From assembly GCA_963756495.1 (NCBI GenBank), contig CAVWNS010000003.1, positions 209,393-273,392 of the forward strand: a stretch of 64,000 nucleotides of DNA, written 5' to 3'. A model generated the notes under the pieces. It worked only from the letters and a program-made list of their open reading frames with translations, was not told where the DNA came from and did not search any database. The translations under genes and the position numbers were made by a program. Position 1 is the stretch's first letter. Each line of letters opens with the position of its first letter. Positions 47,000 through 56,810 of this stretch are shown here, piece after piece. The stretch is from an uncultured Pseudomonadota bacterium (GTDB taxonomy: Bacteria; Pseudomonadota; Alphaproteobacteria; Acetobacterales; Acetobacteraceae).

Positions 47000-47959
47000 T
47001 CACGGGCGGAACCGGAACGTCAGGTCGTTCACCTTGCCCAGCATCTTGGTTGGCAAGGGAAGGTTGGCGCAGGCGGGCGAAAGCACCGCCCGCCGCGCCC
47101 GCTCGGCGAACACGCGAAAGCGCGGATCGGACAGCCGCCCCTGGTCGGCGGCCGCCACCTCGGCCGTCCGCACGACGCCGTCCGCGTCGGTGGCTATCGT
47201 GAGCAGCACCTGCATCTTGTCGAGATCGAGCGCGCCGGGGTCGCTGGTCCAGCACGGGCGGACGTGATCGCCGATCGCGCCGCGCTCGGCGGCTGACAGC
47301 GCCGCCGTGTCGTCGGCGGAAGGGTTGCCGCCGGGGTTGGGCGCGCCGCCCTGGTGGGGATCGGCGCGCGTCCGCGAGGCGCGTGCCTGCTGGCGGGACT
47401 CGGCGCGCAGCTTCTCCAGCGTGTTCTCGAGCGCCTGGCTGGACGGCGCGGGATTGGCGGTCGGGTTCGGTTGTGCGGTCGTGCTGGGCGGAGCGGGCGG
47501 CGGCGGCATCGGCAGCGGCGGAGGCAGGGGCGGCGGCATCGGCGGGGGTGGCGGCAGGGGCGGCGCGCTCGGCAGGGGTCGGCGGCGGCCGGGGCGGCGT
47601 GGGTGGGGTAGGCGTCGGCGGTGGCGGCTGGCTCGCCGCCGGCATGGGGCGGTGGCGGTGGTGGCGGCGGCGGGATGGTGTCTTCCAGGGGCTGCGGCTT
47701 GATGGGCCGAGACGCCGATGGCGCCGGAACGGGGACCGGAGCGCGGGCGGGCGCCGGAGTCGGCTGATGGCGATGGCGCCTTGGCGGCGGGGCCGGCATT
47801 CTGGAACACCATGTCCACCGCTGTCTCCGGCGGCGGTTCGGGTGGCCGGGCGAGCGGCAGGCCGATCAGCAGCGCGCAGGCGAGCAGCACATGCAGCGCG
47901 AGCGAGGCGAAGGCGCCCCGCCGCATCGCGGGGCTCATGCCCGAAGGCGAGACCAGCAT
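47000..47959 (-). CDS. tolA: TolA-like protein (TM anchor, Pro/Ala-rich linker, TolA/TonB-type C-terminal domain)
   Basis: The N-terminal anchor is GAFASLALHVLLACALLIGL. The C-terminal domain is ..ERGAIGDHVRPCWTSDPGALD...DGVVRTAEV.. In the linker (about 47200-47800) all three frames are open, so hidden compensating shifts cannot be excluded. Confidence 0.6.
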   Translation of the reverse strand: MLVSPSGMSPAMRRGAFASLALHVLLACALLIGLPLARPPEPPPETAVDMVFQNAGPAAKAPSPSADSGARPRSGPRSGAIGVSAHQAAAPGRHHPAAATTATAPCRRRASRHRRRLPHPRRPGRRRPLPSAPPLPPPPPMPPPLPPPLPMPPPPAPPSTTAQPNPTANPAPSSQALENTLEKLRAESRQQARASRTRADPHQGGAPNPGGNPSADDTAALSAAERGAIGDHVRPCWTSDPGALDLDKMQVLLTIATDADGVVRTAEVAAADQGRLSDPRFRVFAERARRAVLSPACANLPLPTKMLGKVNDLTFRFRP

Positions 47960-47965
47960 GGCGGT

Positions 47966-48454
<489 letters not shown>

Positions 48455-48456
48455 GC

Positions 48457-49188
48457 TCAGGCCCTCTCCTCGCTCTGGCGCGACAGGATGGCGCTGAACT
48501 CGGTGCCGAACGCCTCCATCCGCGCGGCGAAGCGGGCTAGGTCGGTGCTGATCTTGTTGTAGGCGAGCACGGACGGGATGGCGGCGATGAGGCCAATGGC
48601 GGTGGCGAACAGCGCCTCCGCGATCCCCGGCGCGACCACGGCGAGATTGGTGTTGTGCATTGCCGCGATGGCCGAGAAGCTATGCATGATGCCCCACACG
48701 GTGCCGAACAGCCCGATGAAGGGCGCGGTGGCGCCGACCGAGGCGAGGAAGACCATCCACCGCTCCAGCCGGTCCATCTCGCGGTTGACCGTGACGGTGA
48801 TGGCGCGATCGACGCGCTCGCGCACGCCGGTGTGGCTGAGGTCAACCCCGACGACCCGCGCGGTGCGCCGCCATTCGCCCATCGCCGCGCCGAACACGGC
48901 GGCCATCGGATGCGACGGGCGCATCCCCTCCTGGTCGTACAATTCCTCCAGGCTGCCGCCCGACCAGAACCGGTCCTCGAAAGCCTCGGCATCCTTGTTG
49001 ACCTTGCGCAGGCTCGACCATTTCTCGAACACCACCGCCCAGACCCAGACGGAGGCGGCGAGCAGGCCGATCATGACGATCTTCACGACGATGTCGGCCT
49101 CGAGGAACAATCCCCACAGCGACAGGTCCCCGGCGGCGACCCCCAGGTTCGCGGCCCCCTGATTCACGGCATCGACAGCCCGGTCCAT
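48457..49188 (-). CDS. tolQ: TolQ (MotA/TolQ/ExbB proton channel)
   Basis: Intact at 243 aa, with ..SVGATAPFIGLFGTVWGIMHSF.. and ..APGIAEALFATAIGLIAAIPSV... Confidence 0.9.
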   Translation of the reverse strand: MDRAVDAVNQGAANLGVAAGDLSLWGLFLEADIVVKIVMIGLLAASVWVWAVVFEKWSSLRKVNKDAEAFEDRFWSGGSLEELYDQEGMRPSHPMAAVFGAAMGEWRRTARVVGVDLSHTGVRERVDRAITVTVNREMDRLERWMVFLASVGATAPFIGLFGTVWGIMHSFSAIAAMHNTNLAVVAPGIAEALFATAIGLIAAIPSVLAYNKISTDLARFAARMEAFGTEFSAILSRQSEERA

Positions 49189-49199
49189 CCTGCTTCCTC

Positions 49200-49680
49200 T
49201 CAGTCCGCGGCAGCGCCGCCCTCATTCCCTGCCGGGCGTGCCGCTAGCACTTCCGCCAGCCGCACCGCCAGCATTCCCTCGAACGCCGCGCGCCAGCGTG
49301 GCGGGATGCGGGCCGGCCGTGCGTCTTCGAGCGTGACGCAGGCAAGCTCGATCTCGACCACGGCGCACGAGCCGGACGCGCCCTGGATGTCCTGGCGCAG
49401 CGTGACGGTGGCGGCACGCAACTCCAGCGGTTCGGTGACGACCTCAAGCGCATCATCGAGCCGGGCGGGGCGGAGATAATCCAATTTGACGCGCCGCACC
49501 ACGAACATCAGGTTGCAGTCGCGCACCATCTCCGCATGCGGCACGTCCGAGCGCGCGCATGGCCTCGGTGCGTGCCCGCTCGGCATAGCGCAGGTAGTTC
49601 GCGTGATAGACGATGCCGCCGGCATCGGTGTCCTCGTAATAGACGCGCAGAGGGAGGCGATGGCGGGAGAGCCCGGTCAT
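49200..49680 (-). pseudogene. ybgC: Tol-Pal-associated acyl-CoA thioesterase YbgC, one frameshift
   Basis: [45 protein letters not shown] continues in another frame as [31 protein letters not shown].. One base is missing at about 49545-49551. The length is 481 nt. Confidence 0.7.
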
Positions 49681-50724
49681 ACCACGCCTCCCAGCAGATC
49701 GAGCTGGCTGGGGCCGGAGGCCGCCGGCGGGTCCAGGCCGAGATGGCGCCAGCCCGGCTCGCCCAGCATCCGGCCCCGGCTGGTGCGCAGCACGAAGCCC
49801 TCCTGGATCAGGAAGGGCTCGATCACGTCCTCCAGCGTGTCGCGCGCCTCGGCCAGCGCGGCGGCGAGCGTCTCGACGCCGACCGGGCCGCCGGCGTGGT
49901 GCTCGGCGATGCGGCGGAGATAGCGGCGGTCCATCGCGTCGAGGCCGCGCGCGTCCACGTCCAGCCGCGCGCAGCGACGGCGTCGGCGGCGATGCGATCG
50001 ACCACGGCCGTGCCGGCGACGGCGGCGAAGTCGCGCACCCGGCGCAGCAGCCGCCCGGCGACGCGCGGCGTGCCCCGCGCGCGGCGGGCGATCTCGGTGG
50101 CGCCGTCCGGGGCGAGCGCGCATGCCGAGCTTCTCGGCGCCGCGGCGCAGGATCAGTTCGAGTTCCTCGGGCGTGTAGAACTCGAGCCGGAGCGGGATGC
50201 CGAAGCGGTCGCGCAGCGGGGTCGCCAGCAGGCCGGCGCGGGTGGTCGCGCCGACCAGGGTGAACGGCGGCAGGTCGATGCGGACGGAGCGGGCGGACGG
50301 CCCCTCGCCGATCATCAGGTCGAGCTGGAAGTCCTCCATCGCCGGGTAGAGCACCTCCTCGATGGCCGGTTGCAGGCGGTGGATTTCGTCGATGAACAAG
50401 CACGTCGCGCGGCTGCAGGTTGGTCAGGATGGCGGCGAGGTCGCCGGCGCGCTGGATGATCGGGCCGGAGGTGGCGCGAAACCCGACCCCGAGTTCGCGG
50501 GCGACGATCTGGGCGAGCGTGGTCTTGCCGAGACCGGGCGGCCCGTGCAGCAGGACATGGTCCAGCGCCTCGCCACGGGCGCGGGCGGCCGCGATGAAGA
50601 CGGCCAGGTTCTCGCGCGCGGCGCGCTGGCCGACGAACTCCGCCAGGCGCTGCGGACGCAGCGAGGCCTCCGCCGCGTCCTCCTCCAGGCGCGCCGGGGA
50701 GATGGCGCGATCGTCGTCGCTCAT
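49677..50724 (-). pseudogene. ruvB: Holliday junction helicase RuvB, three frameshifts
   Basis: The Walker A motif GPPGLGKTT and ..RDVL are in frame a. [48 protein letters not shown] are in frame b. [32 protein letters not shown].. is in frame c, and the sequence then returns to frame b (LDVDARGLD..). The shifts are at about 50397, about 50121 and about 49963-49966. Confidence 0.75.
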
Positions 50725-51332
50725 GTCGGGCTCCGCTGCGCCAGCTCCTTGAGGCTGTCGCGGATCACCGCGTCAAGCCCGGCCTCCTCGCCCAGGCCTT
50801 CGATCGCCTTCGTCACGGCCGGGTGCGCCTCCGCCCTGCGATAGCCGAGATTGACCAGGGCCGAAACCGCGTCCTCGATCGGTCCGCGCGCGGCCTGGAC
50901 CGGCAGCGTGATGCCCGGCGCGGACCCCATCGCGCCCGCCTTGTCACGCAACTCCGTCAACAGCCGGACGGCGAGCCGCGCCCCGACGCCGGGCGCGCGG
51001 GTCAGGCTGACGCGGTCGCCCGAGGCGATGGCGGCGACGAGGTCGCGCGGCGACAGGGCGGATAGCACCGACAGCGCCACCTTGGCGCCGACCCCCTGCA
51101 CGGTGGTCAGCAGACGGAACCAGTCGCGCTCGGCCGCGTCAGCGAAGCCATACAGCACGATGGCGTCCTCGCGCACCTGCGTCTCGATCAGCAGCCGCGT
51201 GGCCTCCGAGGCCGGCGGCAGCGCGGCGAGGGTCCGGGTGGAGGTGTGGACCAGATAGCCGACGCCGTTCACGTCCACGATGCAGCTTCCCTCCTCGCGC
51301 TGCGCGACGCGGCCGGTGAGCGAGGCGATCAC
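50721..51332 (-). CDS. ruvA: Holliday junction DNA-binding protein RuvA
   Basis: 203 aa from GTG 51332, with a GTGA overlap with ruvC and an ATGA overlap with ruvB. Contains VIASLTGRV...VNGVGYLV...[14 protein letters not shown]. Confidence 0.85.
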   Translation of the reverse strand: MIASLTGRVAQREEGSCIVDVNGVGYLVHTSTRTLAALPPASEATRLLIETQVREDAIVLYGFADAAERDWFRLLTTVQGVGAKVALSVLSALSPRDLVAAIASGDRVSLTRAPGVGARLAVRLLTELRDKAGAMGSAPGITLPVQAARGPIEDAVSALVNLGYRRAEAHPAVTKAIEGLGEEAGLDAVIRDSLKELAQRSPT

Positions 51333-51835
51333 GCCCGCGCCTCCGCGCGCGCCCAGGCGATGCGGCTGGCGCGATGATGCGCGTGGCAGATCGCGACGGC
51401 CAGCGCATCGGCGGCATCCGCCCGGTGCAGGACGGCACCCGGAAGCAGGCGGCGGACCATAACCGCGACCTGCTCCTTGGCCGCGCCACCGGTGCCGACC
51501 ACGGCGAGCTTGACCGCCATCGCGCCGTATTCCGCGACAGGTATGCCGGCGAGCGCCGGGGTCAGCAGCGCGACTCCGCGCGCATAGCCGAGCTTCAAGG
51601 TCGCGGCGCCGTTGCGGTTCACGTAGGTTTCCTCCACCGCCGCCTCGTCGGGCCGGTGCGCGGCGATTAGCGCGGTCAGCGCCTCGTGCAGCGCGCGCAG
51701 GCGTTCCGGGACCGGCGTGGCGGCATCGGTCGCAAGCACGCCGTCGGCGATGTGGCGCAGCCGATTGCCGGTGGCCTCGATCACACCCCACCCGGTGAAA
51801 CGCAGGCCGGGATCGATGCCGAGAAGCGTGGTCAT
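51329..51835 (-). CDS. ruvC: Crossover junction endodeoxyribonuclease RuvC
   Basis: 168 aa from ATG 51835, containing [17 protein letters not shown]...[16 protein letters not shown]. Confidence 0.85.
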   Translation of the reverse strand: MTTLLGIDPGLRFTGWGVIEATGNRLRHIADGVLATDAATPVPERLRALHEALTALIAAHRPDEAAVEETYVNRNGAATLKLGYARGVALLTPALAGIPVAEYGAMAVKLAVVGTGGAAKEQVAVMVRRLLPGAVLHRADAADALAVAICHAHHRASRIAWARAEARA

Positions 51836-51924
51836 GTCGCGAATCGTGTCATGGTCGGGTACTGCAGGTAGCATAAACGTCTTCCCGGCTTACTGATTGA
51901 GCAAGCGCACACGGTTGGGATGGA

Positions 51925-52865
51925 ATGGCGATACCGGATTTCCAGTCGCCAATGTTGCCGGTCCTACGCCAGCTCGGCGAGCGGCGATGGGAAACTGCTG
52001 GTTTGATAAGCGCCATGGCGGATGAGCACAGATTAACCGACCAGGAGCGAAAAGCCCTTTTGCCAAGCGGGCGGCAGTTTATCATCGCGAACCGCGTGCA
52101 TTGGGCGGTGACATATCTGAATAAGGCTGGGCTCATTGCCCGAGTGGCGCGCGGTACGTACGAAGCCGCGCCGGAAGGGCTCCGGTTGCTTGAGGCTCCG
52201 CCCGACCGGATCACCGTCCCGTATTGCGGAGATATCCGGCGTTCGCAGGGTTTCGCGGGAGTGCGGGGGATGACCGTGACAGTGCGACGGCGCCGGAGTC
52301 AGGCGCCGACCTCGGCTCACCTGTTACGGCCACACCCGAAGAGCGGCTGGAAGGCGCCGATCGCGACCTCAAGGCCGAGTTGGCGAGCAGCTTGCTCAGC
52401 AGGCTTCGCGCCCTGCCTCCGGACGCATTCGAGCAGCTCATCATCGACCTGTTAGTGCGCATGGGATACGGCGGCTCCCGCCGTGAGGCTTCCGAGCGCC
52501 TAGGACGTACCGGAGACGGCGGTGTTGACGGGATCATCCGAGAAGACGCACTGGGGCTTGACGCCATCTACATCCAGGCCAAGCGATACGCCGAGGACAA
52601 TGCTGTTGGAGCACCCGCCGTCCAGGGATTTGCGGGGGCGCTGTTGGGCAACGGCGCAACAAAGGGCGTTTTCGTCACCACGAGCCGTTTTACGCCGCAG
52701 GCCCGCGAAGCGGCGTCTTCGTTCAGGTCGCATCGGATCGTTCTCATCGACGGCCCGGAACTGGCTCGCATGATGATCGATCAAGAGGTCGGCGTGCGGA
52801 CTGTCCAGACTGTCCGCGTCCAGCGCATCGACCTCGAACCCTACGAGACCGACGAGGCGAATTAA
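51925..52865 (+). pseudogene. mrr: Mrr-type restriction endonuclease (Mrr_N winged helix + Mrr_cat), one frameshift
   Basis: MAIPDFQSPMLPVLRQL...RVHWAVTYLNKAGLI (Mrr_N) is followed, after one missing base at about 52216-52229, by ..FEQLIIDLLVRMGYG...GDGGVDGII..DAIYIQAKRY....VFVTTSRFT.. The length is 941 nt. GC is lower than in the neighbouring genes. Confidence 0.75.
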
Positions 52866-52962
52866 TGGACGAGAGCAGACAAGGTGGCTTGGTAGGCCGA
52901 CTGTTCCATCTCCAGAGACAGTGACATCCTGCGGGCCGGTGCTTTCGCAATCCCTGCTTGGC

Positions 52963-53712
52963 TCAGGCCGACAGTCTCTGCATCACCGCCTCCGGAATAT
53001 CGAAGTTCGCATAGACGTTCTGCACGTCGTCATTGTCGTCCAGCGCGTCGATCAGGCGCATGACGACGCCCGCGCGGTCCTCGTCCAGGGTGACGGTGGT
53101 GGTCGGGCGCCAATCGAGGCGGGCCGCCTCGGGCTCGCCGAAACGCGCTTCCAGCGCGTCGCGCACGGCGAACAGGTCGTCGGCCGCGCAGGTGACCTCG
53201 TGGCCCTCGGCGTCGCTCTCGACGTTCTCGGCACCGGCCTCGATGGCGGCGTCCAGCATGTCGTCGGATGTCGCAAGGGCGGCCGGGTAACGGATCACGC
53301 CCATGCGGGTGAACAGGAAGCTGACGGCGTTCGTCTCGCCCAACGCGCCGCCGTATTTCGAGAAGGCGGCGCGGATGTCGGAGGCGGTGCGGTTGCGGTT
53401 GTCGGTCAGCGCCTCGACGATGACGGCGACGCCGGCGGGGCCGTAGCCCTCGTAGCGCATCTCGACATAATCCGCACCGCCGCCCGCCCCGGTCGCCTTC
53501 TTGATCGCCCGCTCCACCGTGTCCTTCGGCATGTTGGCTTGGCGCGCCGCGACGACAGCGGCACGCAGCCTCGGGTTGAAGGCTGGGTCGGGCAGGCCCT
53601 GGCGGGCCGACACGATGATCTCGCGGATCAGCTTGGCGAACTGCCGGGCGCGCCGCGCATCCTGCGCGCCCTTGCGGTGCATGATGTTCTTGAACTGGGA
53701 ATGGCCGGCCAT
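52963..53712 (-). CDS. YebC/PmpR family DNA-binding regulator
   Basis: 249 aa starting [21 protein letters not shown].., and intact. Confidence 0.9.
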   Translation of the reverse strand: MAGHSQFKNIMHRKGAQDARRARQFAKLIREIIVSARQGLPDPAFNPRLRAAVVAARQANMPKDTVERAIKKATGAGGGADYVEMRYEGYGPAGVAVIVEALTDNRNRTASDIRAAFSKYGGALGETNAVSFLFTRMGVIRYPAALATSDDMLDAAIEAGAENVESDAEGHEVTCAADDLFAVRDALEARFGEPEAARLDWRPTTTVTLDEDRAGVVMRLIDALDDNDDVQNVYANFDIPEAVMQRLSA

Positions 53713-53782
53713 GATCCAAGCTATGGGTTGTCAACGGAGGCGCCCACTCTAGTCTCCGGGCGCCACGAGGGGGAGAGCACGG

Positions 53783-54094
53783 ATGTTCATCGCCATGAAC
53801 CGCTTCAAGGTCCAGCCGGGGTCGGAAGCGGATTTCGAGCAGGTCTGGACCGGCCGGGACACGCATCTGCGCGGCGTGCCGGGATTCGTCGAGTTCCACC
53901 TGGTACGCGGCCCGGCGCACGATGATCACGTGCTGTATGCCTCGCACACGATCTGGCGGTCGCGCGGGGAATTCGAGGCCTGGACGCAGTCGGAGGCGTT
54001 CCGGGCCGCACACCGCAACGCCGGGGAGAACCGGCCGCTCTATCTGGGGCACCCTGAATTCGAGGGATTCGAGGTGCTCCAGACGATCCGGTAG
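53783..54094 (+). CDS. Antibiotic biosynthesis monooxygenase (ABM) family protein
   Basis: 103 aa containing MFIAMNRFKV..GSEADFEQVW......GFVEFHL. Confidence 0.75.
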   Translation: MFIAMNRFKVQPGSEADFEQVWTGRDTHLRGVPGFVEFHLVRGPAHDDHVLYASHTIWRSRGEFEAWTQSEAFRAAHRNAGENRPLYLGHPEFEGFEVLQTIR

Positions 54095-54140
54095 CGGCAG
54101 GCGACGCCCAGCGCGGAACCGGCAAGCCGCAACTACGAGC

Positions 54141-54959
54141 CTATTCAGCGGCGGGCATGGCCTGGGACAGGCGACCGCCCAGGCGCAGCGGCGCCACCCG
54201 GCGGGCCAGCCCGGTCTCGTCGTCGGTTTCGACGAATACGCCGCACACCGTCGCCTCGCCGTCCGCCGGATTGAGGCGCTCGCCCGGCATCTTGCGCCAG
54301 AAGCGCGTGGCGGCGCCCTGCTTCTGCATGCCGATGACGCTGTCGTAGTCGCCCGACATGCCCGCGTCCGACTGGAATGCGGTGCCGCCGGGCAGGATCT
54401 GATGGTCGGCCGAGGGGCAGTGGGTGTGGGTGCCCACGACCAGCGAGGCCTGGCTGTCGAAGGCATGCGCGAAGGCCATCTTCTCGCTGGTCGCCTCGGC
54501 ATGGAAGTCGATGACGACGGCCTGCACGGTGCCGCCCAGACGGTAGCGCGACAGCACCTCGGCGGTGCCGCGGAACGGGCAGTCCAGCGCGTCCATGAAC
54601 AACCGCCCCATCGCCTGCATCACCAGCGCGCGCCGCCCGCCCGGAACCTCGGCCACCACGACGCCGGCGCCGGGCGTGCCGGGCGGATAGTTCAGCGGCC
54701 GCAGCAGGCGGGGATGCTGGGCGATGTAGGGGATGATCTCCCGGCGGTCCCAGGAATGGTTGCCCAGAGTGAGCACGTCGGCGCCGGCCGCGAACAGCGC
54801 CTCGGCCATCTCGGGCGTCAGGCCGAAGCCGTGCGAGGCGTTCTCGGCGTTGACCACCGCGAGGTCGAGGCGCAGCCCGGCGCGCAGCCCGGGTAGTGCG
54901 GCTGCAACAGCGTCACGGCCGCTGCGGCCCACTACGTCCCCGATGAACAGGAGGCGCAT
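54141..54959 (-). CDS. YmdB-like (TIGR00282 family) metallophosphoesterase
   Basis: Contains MRLLFIGDVVGRSGR, NAENASHGFG, LGNHSWD and VVGTHTHCPSAD. Confidence 0.85.
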   Translation of the reverse strand: MRLLFIGDVVGRSGRDAVAAALPGLRAGLRLDLAVVNAENASHGFGLTPEMAEALFAAGADVLTLGNHSWDRREIIPYIAQHPRLLRPLNYPPGTPGAGVVVAEVPGGRRALVMQAMGRLFMDALDCPFRGTAEVLSRYRLGGTVQAVVIDFHAEATSEKMAFAHAFDSQASLVVGTHTHCPSADHQILPGGTAFQSDAGMSGDYDSVIGMQKQGAATRFWRKMPGERLNPADGEATVCGVFVETDDETGLARRVAPLRLGGRLSQAMPAAE

Positions 54960-55538
54960 TCAGGCTCCCTTGCAAGCGATGACGCCGTCCTCGGTCGCCA
55001 CCGCGTCCAGGTGCCGATCATGCGGCCCGGTCGGCACGCATGCGACCTCCAGCGCCGCATAGGCGCAGCCGAGCGCGGTAGCGCCGGGCAATCCGGCGAG
55101 CGTGCGGTCGTAGAAGCCCGCGCCGTAGCCGAGCCGCCCGCCCATCCGGTCGAAGGCGAGCAGGGGCACGAGCAGCATCTCGGGCCGCCGTTCCTCCCCA
55201 GTCGGACGGAAGGTGCCGAACCGCTCGGGGATCAATGCCGCCCCCGGCTGCCAGAGCCGGAAGCGCAGTGACTCGCCCCGCCGCCCGGTGACGGGCAGCA
55301 CGACGGGATGGCCACGCGCGTGCAGGTCGGCGAGCAGCGGGCGGATGTCGATCTCCCGGTCGATGGGCCAGAATCCGGCCACGACGGCGCGGGCGGGCGG
55401 CGGGCGGTCGCGCAGGACGTGGGCGGCGAGCCGCGTGCCCAAGGCGGGGTCGAGCGATGCCCGCAGCGCCAGGGCGCGTGCGCGGGCAGCGCGCTTGGCC
55501 GCGATCAGGTCAGGATCAGGCATGTGCGGAGCCGCCAT
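54960..55538 (-). CDS. 5-formyltetrahydrofolate cyclo-ligase
   Basis: 192 aa containing ..LLVPLLAFDRMGGRLGYGAGFYDRTL... Confidence 0.85.
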   Translation of the reverse strand: MAAPHMPDPDLIAAKRAARARALALRASLDPALGTRLAAHVLRDRPPPARAVVAGFWPIDREIDIRPLLADLHARGHPVVLPVTGRRGESLRFRLWQPGAALIPERFGTFRPTGEERRPEMLLVPLLAFDRMGGRLGYGAGFYDRTLAGLPGATALGCAYAALEVACVPTGPHDRHLDAVATEDGVIACKGA

Positions 55539-55690
55539 GGCCGTTGGCGTCTCAACCCTCCCAGAGCCTGCGTGTGCAGGTGGGCACCGGATACCGAGAC
55601 CAAGATCCCGGCAGAGCCAGCTCCCGAGAGGTTGCTTACTGGCCCCGGGGATGAATTACCTGACGCACCGGGCAGCTCCGCCAGCATGAT
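55521..55690 (-). ncRNA. ssrS: 6S RNA candidate
   Basis: It fills the zapA to 5-FCL gap, which is the conserved ssrS position. On the minus strand, 5' GCGGAGCUGCC (55681-55671) pairs with 3' GGCGGCUCCGC (55536-55526). Further stems (GCGUC/GACGC, CAACCUCUC/GGAGGGUUG) give a rod-like fold. The ends are approximate. Confidence 0.6.
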
Positions 55691-56035
55691 CTAAGGATGC
55701 TCGAGCCCTGCCGCAATGTCTTCGGCGCGCCGGGCGAGCCGGTTGAGCTTGCGGCCCAGCTTCGGGTCGGCAGCGGGGGCAGTGATGCCCTTGGCCGCCG
55801 CGTCGGCCTTCCTCTCCGCCTCGCCCAGTGCCTGGCCCAACTCGAACAGGTCGTCGGCCATCAGCAACGCGGCCATCACCAGCATCCGCGCCTCGCCAGT
55901 CTGTCCGGCAACCGCCTTGATGCTGTCGATGCGCCGCTCGACCTCGGCCGCCATGGCGGTCAGGTGCTGTTCCTCGCCGTCCTGGCAGCCCACCGTATAA
56001 GCGTATCCGTTAATCCGTACGGTGACCTGCGCCAT
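55691..56035 (-). CDS. zapA: Cell division protein ZapA
   Basis: AAGGAG precedes ATG 56035. Contains MAQVTVRINGYAYTVGCQDGEEQHL....LVMAALLMADDL. Confidence 0.85.
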   Translation of the reverse strand: MAQVTVRINGYAYTVGCQDGEEQHLTAMAAEVERRIDSIKAVAGQTGEARMLVMAALLMADDLFELGQALGEAERKADAAAKGITAPAADPKLGRKLNRLARRAEDIAAGLEHP

Positions 56036-56093
56036 GTCGCGCTCCTTCAACCATTCATGATTGCACGCGGCGTTCGGTCCAAATCGGCCTCGC

Positions 56094-56276
56094 TCAGGAT
56101 TTTGTCTCCAAGGCGGCGCGCAGGCGCTCGATCATGCGGTCCAGGCGGTCACGGATTTCGGCGACCGGCAGGCTCGGCTGCGGCGCCGGTTGCGCGGCGC
56201 GGCGGGCAATGCGCTCCAGCGCAGCCTCCAGCCGCTCGGCCGCCACCTCGGCGTCCTCGGTCGTTGTGCTCGCCAT
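56094..56276 (-). CDS. Small coiled-coil protein upstream of zapA (ZauP/DUF4164-like by position)
   Basis: AGGAGAGGGG precedes ATG 56276. 60 aa, helical and Ala/Arg/Glu-rich (..AAERLEAALERIARR...IRDRLDRMIERLRAALE). Confidence 0.45.
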   Translation of the reverse strand: MASTTTEDAEVAAERLEAALERIARRAAQPAPQPSLPVAEIRDRLDRMIERLRAALETKS

Positions 56277-56351
56277 CCCCTCTCCTGGCCCGACTCCGGG
56301 GCGCGACGTGTTCGCTTGCACTGAACGCGAGCGGGGGCTTGAACGTCAAGC

Positions 56352-56774
56352 ATGCGCCTGCCGCCCGCCGTCGTGATCCACGGGCTGAACGACGCGCGCG
56401 TCGCGCTGGCCGAGCGCGCGCCCGTCACGCTGCTGTCCGCGCCCGGGGCGGCACTGTTCGCGGGGTGCGCCGCGTGGGGCGCGCTGGCGCTTGCGGCCCG
56501 CGCCGAGGCGCCCGACGTGCCGGCGCCCGATATCCTGGACTGCGCGGACGCGGCCGGCCAGGCCCTGGCCGCGCTGCGCATCGGCCAACACATCCTTGTG
56601 TTGGCCGCCGACTCGCCGGGCCGCGAGGCCGTGGCCGCCATCGCCGCCGCGTGCGGAGCGAGCCTGCTCGCGGACCGGCCGGCGGCTCTCGACCTTGGCC
56701 GGCCGGGCGCGGCGCGGCGTTTGCGGGCCTGGCTCCATCCCGCGCCGGATGACAACGCGGCGTTGCCGCGCTAG
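56352..56774 (+). CDS. Hypothetical protein
   Basis: It is the only one of the overlapping ORFs here with protein-like composition and strong GC3 bias. The alternatives are Arg-rich antisense artefacts. I recognise no family. Confidence 0.45.
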   Translation: MRLPPAVVIHGLNDARVALAERAPVTLLSAPGAALFAGCAAWGALALAARAEAPDVPAPDILDCADAAGQALAALRIGQHILVLAADSPGREAVAAIAAACGASLLADRPAALDLGRPGAARRLRAWLHPAPDDNAALPR

Positions 56775-56810
56775 GAACGTAACAGCGGCGAATTAGGGAA
56801 AGGGACGGCC

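Noticed and set aside
56774-56800. A third EcfG-like box (GGAAC at 56774-56778) upstream of the aldolase gene
   Set aside because: The -10 element 16-17 nt downstream reads AGGG/GGGA, not CGTT. It does not fit the consensus.
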